This document shows positions 52,699 through 62,440 of a stretch of DNA of 64,000 nt, one piece after another. The notes beneath the pieces were generated by a model that made no database searches, was not told where the DNA came from, and saw only the letters and a list, made by a program, of their open reading frames with translations. Numbering within the stretch: the first letter of the stretch is position 1; every line of letters begins with the position of its first letter. Position numbers and translations under genes: made by a program. Source of the stretch: an uncultured bacterium (GTDB lineage Bacteria > Oederibacteriota > Oederibacteriia > Oederibacteriales > Oederibacteriaceae); NCBI GenBank assembly GCA_965112635.1, contig OZ218778.1, forward strand, positions 256,001-320,000, given 5' to 3'.

Positions 52699-53409
52699 AT
52701 GGCCATTCAAATTTTAGTGATCGACGACGACCAGGAATTGGGCAAACTGCTCAAAAATTATCTGGCCAAGTTCGGGATGAAGGTCACTTACGCCAGCCAT
52801 CCGGACCAGGGCCTGGCCCTGCTCAAGGAGCACCATCCCTCCCTGGTGATCCTGGACCTGATGCTCCCCGGCAAAGACGGATTTGAGGTCTGCAAAGAGG
52901 TAAGGAAACTTGGAGATACACCCATCATCATGCTGACTGCCCGCGGAGATGTGGCTGACCGCGTCGTGGGCTTAGAAATCGGAGCTGACGATTATGTCCC
53001 CAAACCTTTTGAGCCAAGGGAACTGGTGGCCCGGATCCAGGCCGTGCTTAAAAGGACCGACACGGGCCACAAAAACCATGGAAAAGGCGGCATCCTCAGC
53101 TCCGGGCAACTAACTGTAGATATAGAAAAACGGACGGCCCGGCTGGGCGCCAAGCCCCTTGCCCTGACCACCACGGAATTTGACATCCTGGCGTTGTTCA
53201 TGAAAAATCCCGGGGCCACCATCGATCGCGACAAAATAATGGAATATACCCGCGGAGTGGATGTGGAAGCTTTTAACCGTTCCGTGGACCTGTCGGTAAG
53301 CCGCCTGCGCCACAAGCTCGGCGATTCAGCCGAGAACCAAAAATACATCAAGACCATCTGGGGTTCGGGATATATGTTTTTGGGAGAGGTAAAACATCGT
53401 GCTTCCTAG
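52699..53409 (+). CDS. OmpR family response regulator
   Basis: LDLMLPG, MLTARG, GADDYVPKPF, RSVD..VSRLR.K, IKTIWGSGY. Confidence 0.93.
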   Translation: MAIQILVIDDDQELGKLLKNYLAKFGMKVTYASHPDQGLALLKEHHPSLVILDLMLPGKDGFEVCKEVRKLGDTPIIMLTARGDVADRVVGLEIGADDYVPKPFEPRELVARIQAVLKRTDTGHKNHGKGGILSSGQLTVDIEKRTARLGAKPLALTTTEFDILALFMKNPGATIDRDKIMEYTRGVDVEAFNRSVDLSVSRLRHKLGDSAENQKYIKTIWGSGYMFLGEVKHRAS

Positions 53410-54724
53410 CAAACTTTTATCCATCAGAAAGCCCCTTTCCTTCAAACTCTTCCTTGTTTTCCTGGTCACCAGTCTTGCTCTCGTTTCCATATTCGCGGCT
53501 TTTCTAATTTCTCTGCACGCTCCCAATCCTTCCGCCCACCAAACCATGCATAAAAACCTGCTTTACCTGTACAACAACCTGGTCGACCGCATCGGCAACC
53601 CGCCAAACCTCAGCAGAGCCCAGGAAGTGCACGAACAGTTGGGCGTAGAGATCAAAATAGAAGGGCCCCAGGGAACCTGGTCCTCCACTCCGCTCCCGGC
53701 CATCGCGGATTATGAACAATACGACAGAAAAGAATTTCCTGATGTTATGGCAGGCCGCAGAGAAAAAAGTTTTTTCATGATCTTGAGCCGCGGCCAGACC
53801 CGTTACCTCTTTACGGTTCCGGGTGATCCCATGTTCTCCATCCCTGTCTGGAAAATGCTGGTTATTCCGGGGCTGATCCTTTTTATCCTTTTTTTAAGTT
53901 ACCTCACCATTAAATGGATCCTGGACCCCATGAATTTCCTTTTAAGCGGGGTCAAAGAGCTCACCTCCGGCAACCTGAATTACCGGATCAATGTGAAGGA
54001 CCGGGATGAGTTCAAGGACCTGGCCCAGGCGTTTAATCAGATGAGCGATAAAATTAACGAAATGATCCGCGCCAAAGACCGCCTGCTGGTGGATGTAAGC
54101 CACGAACTCAGGAGCCCCCTGTCCCGGATGAAGCTGGCCCTGGAGATGATGCCGAAGTCCGCGAACCGGAAAACCGCCGGACGGGCCGTGGCGGAAATGG
54201 AAACCATGGTCAAGGAATTGCTCGAGACCGAAAGGCTCAAGAGCAATTTTGGGATTCTATCCAAGTCCAAAGTCAACCTGGTCTCCCTGGTCCGCGAAGT
54301 GGCCGGGAACTACAAAGACACCAAGCCCGGAGTGGAGATCCGCCTCAAAGAACCCTTTCCCATTTTGGAGGTGGACGAAGCCAGGATACGGACAGTCCTC
54401 ACCAATGTGATCGAGAATGCCCTGAAGTATTCCCAGGAACAGTCCAGGCCGGTGAAGATCGATTTTCATGGTAAGGTGGGCATCTCGCCGCGTATCACCA
54501 TCAAGGATTTTGGGGATGGCATTGCCCAAGAGGATATCCCGTTGGTCTTTGAGCCGTTTTACCGTGCGGATAAATCCAGGAATAAAAAGACCGGGGGTTA
54601 CGGACTGGGATTGAGCCTGTGCCGGGAGATCATGGCTAGCCATGGAGGCAACATCACCCTGCGTAGTGAACCGGGCCAGGGAACTGAAGTGGAGCTGGTC
54701 TTCCCAGCTCCAGCGGGAAAATGA
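53399..54724 (+). CDS. HAMP-domain sensor histidine kinase
   Basis: Two TM helices, HAMP, VSHELRSPL, NALKY, GGYGLGL. Confidence 0.92.
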   Translation: MLPSKLLSIRKPLSFKLFLVFLVTSLALVSIFAAFLISLHAPNPSAHQTMHKNLLYLYNNLVDRIGNPPNLSRAQEVHEQLGVEIKIEGPQGTWSSTPLPAIADYEQYDRKEFPDVMAGRREKSFFMILSRGQTRYLFTVPGDPMFSIPVWKMLVIPGLILFILFLSYLTIKWILDPMNFLLSGVKELTSGNLNYRINVKDRDEFKDLAQAFNQMSDKINEMIRAKDRLLVDVSHELRSPLSRMKLALEMMPKSANRKTAGRAVAEMETMVKELLETERLKSNFGILSKSKVNLVSLVREVAGNYKDTKPGVEIRLKEPFPILEVDEARIRTVLTNVIENALKYSQEQSRPVKIDFHGKVGISPRITIKDFGDGIAQEDIPLVFEPFYRADKSRNKKTGGYGLGLSLCREIMASHGGNITLRSEPGQGTEVELVFPAPAGK

Positions 54725-54731
54725 ACTGAGC

Positions 54732-56249
54732 TTACAAGCGACCCACATGCGGGGCGGACGCGACATTGATCGTTGAATTTTCATGCAGGAAAACGATATA
54801 TTTTGCACTCTCCCCGACCTTCTTAACGGATGCACTGGCAATATAGAGGTCTTTCCCTTTCTGCACCACAAGAAATCCCGTAAAATGGCGTTCTGCCAGG
54901 ACCTTTTGAGCTGCCCCCTGGACCTGGTGCACCCGTAACCCTTTGATCACTTCCGCGTAAAAGACCGCGGAAGGGGTGGGGTCTTCCAGAAAAGTAATAT
55001 CCCTGACGGTTTTCGTTGTATCCAGGTTCAGGATCAGGACATAGAACGGGTCGGTGATGACGGATTGCTCAGCTTTCCAGAGGATCCGCCCTTCTGCCCC
55101 CACAACTACCAGCAGAAAAATAGATAACACGACGGCCCTGATTTTCAGGAAAGAACCATTTTGCTCTGTTATCTTTTCCCATCCCCACTCCAAGAACCGG
55201 GCCATCAAAACGCAGGCCGCTGGAAAAAGCGGAAAAATGTACCAGTAGCACCGGGTAGGCGACAGGGAGAACGCTGTCAGGGGAACAACCACCCAGCACA
55301 ACACCAGCAAGGTGATGGGGACAAGGCGGAACCTTTCCAGCCGTATGGCCCGCCAAAGCGGCTGGAAAAATAACAGGAGGAACAGGAGGGCCCACCCTGT
55401 CCACGGCATGAGCCCTGTGAACAGATACTCCAGGTAATAACCCAGCCATTCCCTGTGGCCCTCGATCGTCACCGTGGCCCGGGACAAAAATCCCTGATAC
55501 AGCATATTGCTCAGGAAAGCGCTCCCGTCTGTCTGGTAGCGGACCAGGCCCCAGCCCATGACCGGCAGGAGCATGGCTGCGACAAACCATACCCATAGGC
55601 TAGGCTGAACAACGCGGTACTTTTTGGTCAGGCCTAGATAGGCACCCCAGAGGATCAGTAACTCCAGGGCATGAAAACTTTTCATGAGGAAGGCCAGGGT
55701 GACCACAAAACCGGCCAGGATGAACCAAACCGGCCTCATCTTCATCCGGCTGACGAGGCTAACGAACAGGACCGCCAAAAAAGTGAGACCCGCGTCCAAA
55801 TTAGCTGATCGGCCTCCATGGTTAAAAAGGAACAAGTATGACGTGGCGAAAAAGAACGTGGAAAGCAGGGCAACGCGGTTGCCGTACCATTGACGGACTA
55901 TGAACAAAAGGAGCAGGACCGTCAAAAGCGTAAATAAAGCCGAGGGTAGTTTGGCAGCTAAAATTGTCGGCCCCAGCAGTTTGAACGAAAGAGCAATGAT
56001 CCAAAATCCCAGCAGCGGCTTCAGGTTCGACAGGTCCGTATGCCCCATCCAGGTATTACGGATGAAGTCGCCTGATTTAACCATTTCCCAGGCCGAAACA
56101 CCGTAACGCGATGCGTCAAAATCCTCCACATCGCTCCGGTACAGGTTCCAAAAGACATTGATTACGGCTAGAAATACGATACATCCAGCCAACCAGTAGA
56201 ATAATTTTCTATTCAACGGCTTCAAATTCTTCTCCTCGGAAGCCAACAT
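54732..56249 (-). CDS. ArnT/GT39-like membrane glycosyltransferase
   Basis: DASRY, KPLL.FW, RSANLD, FLMKS, EGH, WYIFP; many TM helices. Confidence 0.82.
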   Translation of the reverse strand: MLASEEKNLKPLNRKLFYWLAGCIVFLAVINVFWNLYRSDVEDFDASRYGVSAWEMVKSGDFIRNTWMGHTDLSNLKPLLGFWIIALSFKLLGPTILAAKLPSALFTLLTVLLLLFIVRQWYGNRVALLSTFFFATSYLFLFNHGGRSANLDAGLTFLAVLFVSLVSRMKMRPVWFILAGFVVTLAFLMKSFHALELLILWGAYLGLTKKYRVVQPSLWVWFVAAMLLPVMGWGLVRYQTDGSAFLSNMLYQGFLSRATVTIEGHREWLGYYLEYLFTGLMPWTGWALLFLLLFFQPLWRAIRLERFRLVPITLLVLCWVVVPLTAFSLSPTRCYWYIFPLFPAACVLMARFLEWGWEKITEQNGSFLKIRAVVLSIFLLVVVGAEGRILWKAEQSVITDPFYVLILNLDTTKTVRDITFLEDPTPSAVFYAEVIKGLRVHQVQGAAQKVLAERHFTGFLVVQKGKDLYIASASVKKVGESAKYIVFLHENSTINVASAPHVGRL

Positions 56250-56269
56250 AATTTTAGGGAATTATACGC

Positions 56270-57061
56270 TTAACTCCCTTTCTGCTTCCATCTCCCAAAT
56301 TTCTTGCTTGCAGTCCCATGAACATCAATATTGGCACTGAATTCCATAGTCACTGGAATTTTATCAAGCAATAACTTCATTACTGGAACTATCAACATAT
56401 TAAACCTAATTTCTTGATAATGCTCCTTGCTATCATTTCTCATTTCTAATTCCCCCAATGTTTGCTTCTCACCTTTGAAGATAACTTTTTGGTCTGGGAT
56501 ACCTTCCCTGCTGGTTGAATTTTCCACATTGAATGAGTCACCCATGACTCCGATTACATCGGTATTTCTAAAAACATGAAACTTACTACCGTGAAGAACA
56601 GTTAAATAATCAACTTCACCACCATTAAAAATTGACTTTCCAAGAAATGCCCTGAGCAAAGCTTTACGTTGTAAGCGGTCTTTAATCTCTTTCATAGGCG
56701 TTCTAAGCCGTTCTTTTGCCGCCTTGGGGTTACTCTTATATTCAGAATATGATGGAGGAAAAGCGTCAATACAGTGTACAAGTAAAGTACCAATACCATT
56801 TAACGCTTGAAAACCATCATCTTCCAAAAATCTTGTTCTGGTATACAAGAATATCTGCCATTTTTTCATCCCGCTTTTTACTGAATGGGCATCACCAGAC
56901 GGATCAATTACATCTTTTTTTGCTTTTTTGTCATTCTGGTAGTCTTCGGGCATCCCAATCGCTAACGCAAAGTTCTTTGCATTATCGTGTCCAGCCTGTC
57001 TATATGCCTTAGCGTCTTCCGATGAAGACCCGTGAGTCTTTGTCAAGATGGCTCCTTCCAA
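56270..57061 (-). CDS. Putative type II restriction endonuclease
   Basis: Overlaps the MTase 3' end; PD-(D/E)xK-like KKDVID...HSVKSG; family assignment is by context only. Confidence 0.6.
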   Translation of the reverse strand: MEGAILTKTHGSSSEDAKAYRQAGHDNAKNFALAIGMPEDYQNDKKAKKDVIDPSGDAHSVKSGMKKWQIFLYTRTRFLEDDGFQALNGIGTLLVHCIDAFPPSYSEYKSNPKAAKERLRTPMKEIKDRLQRKALLRAFLGKSIFNGGEVDYLTVLHGSKFHVFRNTDVIGVMGDSFNVENSTSREGIPDQKVIFKGEKQTLGELEMRNDSKEHYQEIRFNMLIVPVMKLLLDKIPVTMEFSANIDVHGTASKKFGRWKQKGS

Positions 57062-58038
57062 ATAAGAAGTTCGTGAGATTTCTTTACATGACTTCCATTG
57101 TTATCATTGATTCTATTTTCTCCAATTCTGACATCACCCTGTCCAAATGTATACTGCCACTTGGGACTGGACAGTTTAAAATCCTTGTACCATGTTCTAA
57201 TAGTTTTACAGTCATTGTATGACAATACAAAACCACCCTTGTGAGATTTCAGCATATCCCTTAAAATTTCGTGTTTGAATCCAACATGATGAATTGGGAA
57301 ATTTCTGTGCGGATACATGCCAACGAACATCTTCCCATCTTCTAAAAAGTAAGGTGGATCGCAGTAAAGAAAATCTTTAGGATAATTAGGAATAATTCTT
57401 TCAAAGCTGGCACACCTTACATCTAATTTTGGAACTACAAAATCCCGTGATTTTTCAATCATTTTTTTATACCGCTTTGGATTTAAATAAACATCAGAAG
57501 GCCAACCCAAAAAGTGAGGGCCATAAGAAGTATTTGAATTAAAGTAATAATATGATGCCAAGTCATAAGCCGATAGAGCTTTTCCTTCCTTCCAGTGCTG
57601 TCTAAGTCTTTCTTTTACCTCTTTAAATGTTGTCCTGGTTGGTTTAAATGCAAGCATGTGTTTGTATAAAATATCAGGATGTTTTACCTGAACTTTCCAA
57701 TAGTTACACAAAATATCAAAAACATCATAAGCTATTACTTTTAATCCCAATTCTCTTGCACACGCTATTTCAACTGCACCACCACCCATAAAGGGCGATA
57801 TGAGTCTTTTAATATTATTGGGAAACTTTTCGATTACAAAACCAACAGCTAAACTTTTTCCCCCTGCATACCTCAAAGGAGACCCAACATATCTTTTATA
57901 ATGTAATTTTTCTCCTTTAAGTGAATTTAGGAAATTTTCCTTCTGTGTTTGAAAGTCAGATTTAGTAGCTACGGCATTCGGTTTGTAACCTAAAACTATA
58001 TCTGTAAATCTATTTAGACTTAATATTGACTCATTCAT
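57043..58038 (-). CDS. Dam-like (D12 class) N6-adenine DNA methyltransferase
   Basis: SPLRYAGGKS, PFMGGG motif I, CDPPY motif IV, FVLSYND, ELLI. Confidence 0.92.
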   Translation of the reverse strand: MNESILSLNRFTDIVLGYKPNAVATKSDFQTQKENFLNSLKGEKLHYKRYVGSPLRYAGGKSLAVGFVIEKFPNNIKRLISPFMGGGAVEIACARELGLKVIAYDVFDILCNYWKVQVKHPDILYKHMLAFKPTRTTFKEVKERLRQHWKEGKALSAYDLASYYYFNSNTSYGPHFLGWPSDVYLNPKRYKKMIEKSRDFVVPKLDVRCASFERIIPNYPKDFLYCDPPYFLEDGKMFVGMYPHRNFPIHHVGFKHEILRDMLKSHKGGFVLSYNDCKTIRTWYKDFKLSSPKWQYTFGQGDVRIGENRINDNNGSHVKKSHELLIWKEPS

Positions 58039-58961
58039 ACCGTCAGCTCCTTGTAAGTGATTCTATGACCAACGGTTGCTTTTGCCAAACTCGATAACCT
58101 ATCTAATGTATGCCGTTCCACATTGCCGTCATTAAGTCTAAATGTGAATTCGTTTACGTAGCGGTTAAGATGTTTCTTGCTTGCATGATGGTAAACGCCA
58201 TGCAGACCACGTTTAAGAACAGCCCAAACACTTTCAATGCTGTTTGTGTTTACATTGCCCCTGCCGTATTCTTTTGCTCCGTGATTTACTGATTCATGCT
58301 TGTATGATTTTTCAATTCCGTTATAACCCTTCCATTCGTCTGTATGGAGCATTGACCCTGCTTTAACATGCTCTTTGATTTCAGCATGCAGGGTTTGTGA
58401 ACCAGTATCACTGATTGACTTGGCAAAAGTATTGCCGCCACGTTGACGCATACCCATTACAGCCGTTTTCCCCACGCTACCCCTTCCAGCGTGAAGTTTT
58501 TTACCTGAATGTTTGTTGTTCTCTTTACCGCCTACGAATGTTTCATCAATTTCTACAATGTCCCTCAATGATTCAATGTGATTACCGCAAGCCTCTCTTA
58601 GTCGTTGCAACATAAACCAAGTCGTTGCTTGGCGTATTCCTATTTCTTTAGAAAGTTGCAGGCTAGATATGCCCTTACGGGAAGTCAAAAGAAGATACAT
58701 AGCATAGAGCCATTTATGAAGCGGTACATGAGAGCGTCCAAAAATAGTATTTGTTCTCACTGTAAAATCCTCCTGGCAGATATTACAGCGATAATAGCCA
58801 CCCTTGCGAGTGGTAATGCTTTTATTCTTATTACCTCTACCACAAGTAGGGCATTTAACACCTTTCGGCCACAAACGACCTTCAAAATATTCACGAGCCG
58901 ATTCTTGGTCAGGAAACATTTTAAAAAGCTCAAAGGTACTTACTGTTAGATTATCTTCCAT
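58035..58961 (-). CDS. IS1595 family DDE transposase
   Basis: Zn ribbon CPTC...CNIC, GISSLQL HTH, VEIDETFVGG, LHTDEW, TNSIESVW, YVNEFTFR. Confidence 0.95.
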   Translation of the reverse strand: MEDNLTVSTFELFKMFPDQESAREYFEGRLWPKGVKCPTCGRGNKNKSITTRKGGYYRCNICQEDFTVRTNTIFGRSHVPLHKWLYAMYLLLTSRKGISSLQLSKEIGIRQATTWFMLQRLREACGNHIESLRDIVEIDETFVGGKENNKHSGKKLHAGRGSVGKTAVMGMRQRGGNTFAKSISDTGSQTLHAEIKEHVKAGSMLHTDEWKGYNGIEKSYKHESVNHGAKEYGRGNVNTNSIESVWAVLKRGLHGVYHHASKKHLNRYVNEFTFRLNDGNVERHTLDRLSSLAKATVGHRITYKELTV

Positions 58962-58993
58962 GACTACCTCCCTTTAATATTTGTTATACTGTA

Positions 58994-59022
58994 ATAGTAG
59001 CAAAACTAGTCAAGGGAGTCAA
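58994..59022 (-). promoter_or_regulatory. Transposase operon promoter, -35 inside the TIR
   Basis: TTGACT(59022-17)-17 bp-TACTAT(58999-94) preceded by TG; RBS GGGAGG before ATG 58961. Confidence 0.6.
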
Positions 59023-59043
59023 GCGTATAATTCCCTAATTTTA

Positions 59044-59106
59044 ATAATACGTAAAAATGCTAAAAAATGATTTTCAAATTTGTACCATTTTGTATCAATT
59101 TGTAAT
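59044..59106 (-). promoter_or_regulatory. Second copy of the triple 10-bp repeat plus -10; displaced promoter of the glycosyltransferase
   Basis: AATTTGTACC ATTTTGTATC AATTTGTAAT (59077-59106); TATTAT at 59044-59049, same offset as at 52548-52610. Confidence 0.65.
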
Positions 59107-59357
59107 TAATAAACATTTGGCATTCCTAATATAGGAACAAATTGCGGCTAAATTTAATTTCACCCTTTACGGATGGAAAGAGCTTTAATTGGGAAGGAAT
59201 AAAGGGGTTAATTGGATTTGATCATGACCAATAAAATCTTAAACTTCGATCGCCTTTATTAATATGCGTTCCTCTTCGAAGGCAATCGCGTCACTCTTTA
59301 TAGTCCCCGAATGGGGGAAACAGTTCGTTTGACAGAGGCAGGGGGAATTGGGTTTTA

Positions 59358-59705
59358 TTACGCCTTAATCATCACTAACATCATTTTAAATCTCTGTATC
59401 GCCATGACCGAATGAGATTTTTTGGCGGGCAAAATGATGACATTTCCTTTTTTAAGTCTGAAAGGCTTGCCGTCGACCTTGACTTCGCAAGAGCCTTCGA
59501 CCACTTGCAGTACCGCATCAAACGGGGCCTGGTGCGTGCTCAGACCTTGTCCAGAATCAAAAGCAAAAAGCGTGATGGTGCCGGCCTTTTTTCTTATCAA
59601 CTCACTGCTGACCACGGCTCCTGGCTGATAATTGATCAAGCGTGCTGGTTCCAACACTTTGGCGAAAAGACCGGTATTTTGATTCCCCACGCGTTTATTA
59701 GTCAT
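59358..59705 (-). CDS. Cupin domain protein
   Basis: TLFAFDSGQGLSTHQAPFDA, ILPA..SHSV; ATG after AGGAG. Confidence 0.88.
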   Translation of the reverse strand: MTNKRVGNQNTGLFAKVLEPARLINYQPGAVVSSELIRKKAGTITLFAFDSGQGLSTHQAPFDAVLQVVEGSCEVKVDGKPFRLKKGNVIILPAKKSHSVMAIQRFKMMLVMIKA

Positions 59706-59721
59706 ATCTGCTCCTGTGAAC

Positions 59722-59753
59722 AAAAAGAGCAGGGCTTTTAGACCCTGCTCTTT
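59722..59753 (-). terminator. Intrinsic terminator after trpB2
   Basis: AAAGAGCAGGG-N8-CCCTGCTCTTT with a U run on the minus strand. Confidence 0.75.
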
Positions 59754-59772
59754 ATTGTTCTTATTTGCTCGT

Positions 59773-61161
59773 TTACTTGGTTGCTTTGGGTTGTTTCGGC
59801 TTGGGTAGGTTTTTTAGGACTTCCAGAGAAGTCGCCAAGTCTTCTTCGGACATTGAGTAATCGGACAGCTCTCCGGCCATATATTTTTCATAACCTAGCA
59901 GGTCCATCAAACCGTGGCCGCTGTAATTGAATAGAATGACCTTTTCCCTGCCCTCTTCTTTGGCCCGCTTGGCCTCGTCGATCACGCAGGCAATGGCATG
60001 GCTGGTTTCCGGGGCACAAATAGTGCCCTCGGTCTGCGACCAAAGCATGGCTGCCTCATAACATTTAAGCTGGTCGTAAGCTCTGGGGCTGACCAGTCCG
60101 TCGTTGATACATGCGCTGACCAATGGCGCTACCCCGTGATACCGCAGGCCCCCCGCATGGATGGAAGGCGGGATAAAGGCATGCCCCAGCGAATGCATAG
60201 GCAGAAGCGGAGTCATCTTGGCCGTATCTCCATGGTCATAAACAAAAGGCGCGCGGGTCATGGTCGGGCAGGCGGTAGGCTCCACGGGATAGATCAGGAT
60301 CTTCTCGCCGTTGATCTTGTCCTGAACAAAAGGAAACGCGATGCCCGCGAAATTGCTCCCTCCCCCAACACAGCCAATGACGATATCCGGCTTCTTGATT
60401 CCGGCCATGGCCAGCTGTTTCTTGGCTTCCAAACCGATGATGGTCTGGTGGAGCAGGACGTGATTAAGGACGCTTCCCAAGGAATAACGGGCTTTGCCTT
60501 CTTTATCGGTGACAGCTTCTTCAATAGCTTCGCTGATAGCGATCCCCAGGCTGCCTGAGGTGTCCGGCATCTTCTTGAGGATCTCTCTGCCGGCATGGGT
60601 CTCCTTGCTGGGACTGGCCACGCATTTGGCGCCCCAGAGGGCCATCATGGTCTTGCGGAACGGCTTCTGTTCAAAACTGACCCTGACCATGAACACTTTG
60701 CACTCCAGGCCAACTAGCTTGCAGGCAAACGCCAACGCGCTGCCCCACTGGCCGGCTCCGGTTTCGGTCACGAGTTTTTTGATCCCGAACTTCTTGTTAT
60801 ACCAGGCCTGGACCACGGCCGTGTTGGGCTTGTGGCTTCCAGCCGGGCTAACGCTCTCATCTTTATAAAAAATCTTGGCCGGCGTCTTTAAATATTCCTC
60901 TAAATAGACCGCGCGCCTTAAAGGAGTAGGCCTCCACCTGACCAGGATATCCAGTATCTCTTCGGGGATATCGATCCAGCGCTGCTGGCTGACTTCCTGT
61001 TCGATCAAATTCATAGGGAACACGGGAGCCAGCATCTCCGGGCCGACCGGTTTGCCGTCAGGACCCAAAGGAGGCTGCATAGGCGTCGGCAGGTCTGCAG
61101 CAATGTTGTACCACTGTTTGGGCATCTCTGATTCTTTTAAGATATATTTGACCTCTTTCAT
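59773..61161 (-). CDS. trpB: Tryptophan synthase beta chain type 2 (TrpB2)
   Basis: WYNI, GSHKPNTA (PLP Lys), TETGAGQWG, GGGSNF, HAGGLRYHG, APET.HA; no trpA nearby. Confidence 0.93.
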   Translation of the reverse strand: MKEVKYILKESEMPKQWYNIAADLPTPMQPPLGPDGKPVGPEMLAPVFPMNLIEQEVSQQRWIDIPEEILDILVRWRPTPLRRAVYLEEYLKTPAKIFYKDESVSPAGSHKPNTAVVQAWYNKKFGIKKLVTETGAGQWGSALAFACKLVGLECKVFMVRVSFEQKPFRKTMMALWGAKCVASPSKETHAGREILKKMPDTSGSLGIAISEAIEEAVTDKEGKARYSLGSVLNHVLLHQTIIGLEAKKQLAMAGIKKPDIVIGCVGGGSNFAGIAFPFVQDKINGEKILIYPVEPTACPTMTRAPFVYDHGDTAKMTPLLPMHSLGHAFIPPSIHAGGLRYHGVAPLVSACINDGLVSPRAYDQLKCYEAAMLWSQTEGTICAPETSHAIACVIDEAKRAKEEGREKVILFNYSGHGLMDLLGYEKYMAGELSDYSMSEEDLATSLEVLKNLPKPKQPKATK

Positions 61162-61244
61162 AGAACCTCCTTTAGCCTTTTTTGGAAAAACCTCAAATAC
61201 TATAGGGCAAACCAGCCCAAAGCGTCAAGCGAAGTCAAAAGATA

Positions 61245-61282
61245 AAAACAAAAGACCCCTCTTCGTTTCCAAAGAGGGGTCT
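61245..61282 (-). terminator. Intrinsic terminator
   Basis: AGACCCCTCTT-N8-AAGAGGGGTCT followed by a U-rich tract on the minus strand. Confidence 0.8.
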
Positions 61283-61303
61283 AAAATTAAGGAAAAAACG
61301 CTG

Positions 61304-61579
61304 CTACCTAATGTTCAAAACCGAGTTTTCTGAACCTATATCGTTCCAAACTCTCTCTGTGGCTGGATCAATGTGCCACGTGCCATCCACGATGTACTTA
61401 TACTCATATCTTCCGGGTGCCAGATCAACCTCTGCGGTCCAGTAACCGCCTTTGTCCTTCATCGCGATACCGGCCTTATCCCAACCATTGAAGCTCCCGC
61501 AAACCTTGATCTGTTTTGCCCCTTTCCAGTGGAGGACAAAAGTGTGCTTCACGACTTTTTTCTTTTTATCCAGCGCCAT
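61304..61579 (-). CDS. Stand-alone glycogen-binding (CBM48/AMPK-beta-like) domain protein
   Basis: GSFNGW, LAPGRYEYKYIVDGTW..DP, ENSVL. Confidence 0.88.
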   Translation of the reverse strand: MALDKKKKVVKHTFVLHWKGAKQIKVCGSFNGWDKAGIAMKDKGGYWTAEVDLAPGRYEYKYIVDGTWHIDPATERVWNDIGSENSVLNIR

Positions 61580-61687
61580 TCTCCCTCACCACCTTTCGAC
61601 CTCTAGCTCTTATTGGGCGAGAGGCTCCCATCACCTTAACTTTAATTATATACCCGCCCAAAAAAAATACATTTTATATTTTCGGCA

Positions 61688-62191
61688 CTATACCCTAGCC
61701 AGGCAAGATACGATCTCACCCAGGAACATCCGGTGGTAATCTTTCCCGTTATAGTTCCTTTCAATGTTCTTGTCCACGAACCGCTTGGGGTCAATATCCT
61801 GGGTGTAAAGTTTCCGGCACTCCAGCACCAGCCGGGCCTGTTCATAATAAATACCAATCTTTCCTTGAATAGGTTTTAATCCTGTTTCTTTGATTTTATC
61901 CACATCCCTGCCTGACTTGGATCCACAATAATTTAGAATATCTTTATATTTTTCTTCAAAAAAACAAAGCGAAAAAGACTCCGCCCTATCCACGAATCCA
62001 AAGGTATGCCGTGAAGGACGGATCACGCACGCGGCCACAGGCCGGCCCCACATGATGCCTAACCCTCCCCAGCTCGCGGTCATGGTGTTAAAGGAGCTCA
62101 AAGTTCCCGCTGTAATGAGCATCCAGTCTTGGTCTATAAGTTTAAAAACATTATCCTTGATCTCCTGTGGTGCAATCTCCTTGAAAGCCAT
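61688..62191 (-). CDS. Flavin reductase-like family protein
   Basis: WMLITAG, NTMTASWG, CGSKSGRDVDK, YHRMFLGEI. Confidence 0.88.
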   Translation of the reverse strand: MAFKEIAPQEIKDNVFKLIDQDWMLITAGTLSSFNTMTASWGGLGIMWGRPVAACVIRPSRHTFGFVDRAESFSLCFFEEKYKDILNYCGSKSGRDVDKIKETGLKPIQGKIGIYYEQARLVLECRKLYTQDIDPKRFVDKNIERNYNGKDYHRMFLGEIVSCLARV

Positions 62192-62326
62192 TCTGCCTCC
62201 TTAGAATTAAATGACCACTATCTTTATTGATTATATTCTTTAGTAATTATTTTCACAAATCTCATCATTACCTAACCCAAACTAAACAATCCGGAGATAA
62301 CGTTACCTTGGAGAAAGGAGGGACCT

Positions 62327-62440
62327 ATGCCTGTCCAGCCACCCATCCTCAGCATGGGACTTATCTTAGCCGTGGCTTTTTCATTCAAGCTACTCGCCAC
62401 CTATCATTGGAAAAAAGGTACAGCCAAACCGAAGAAATAG
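62327..62440 (+). CDS. 37-aa single-helix membrane peptide (not in ORF track)
   Basis: RBS AAAGGAGG before ATG; MPVQPPILSMGLILAVAFSFKLLATYHWKKGTAKPKK. Confidence 0.55.
   Translation: MPVQPPILSMGLILAVAFSFKLLATYHWKKGTAKPKK

Larger units (their letters stand above)
56257..59035 (-). mobile_element. IS1595-family transporter element carrying a methyltransferase and a putative restriction endonuclease
   Basis: 24-bp TIRs GGGAATTATACGCTT(A/G)ACTCCCTT at 56257-56280 and 59012-59035; 8-bp TSD TAATTTTA at 56249-56256 and 59036-59043; AT-rich interior. Confidence 0.93.

Noticed and set aside
59107-59357. AT-rich intergenic stretch as a possible ncRNA or second mobile remnant
   Set aside because: No recognisable structure, repeat or ORF that I can support
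61204-61245. GGGCAAACC... resembling the start of a c-di-GMP-I riboswitch
   Set aside because: Lacks the GAAA-capped stem and GACGCAAA segment and is antisense to trpB2; better explained as the trpB2 promoter (TTGACG-18 bp-TATAGT on the minus strand)
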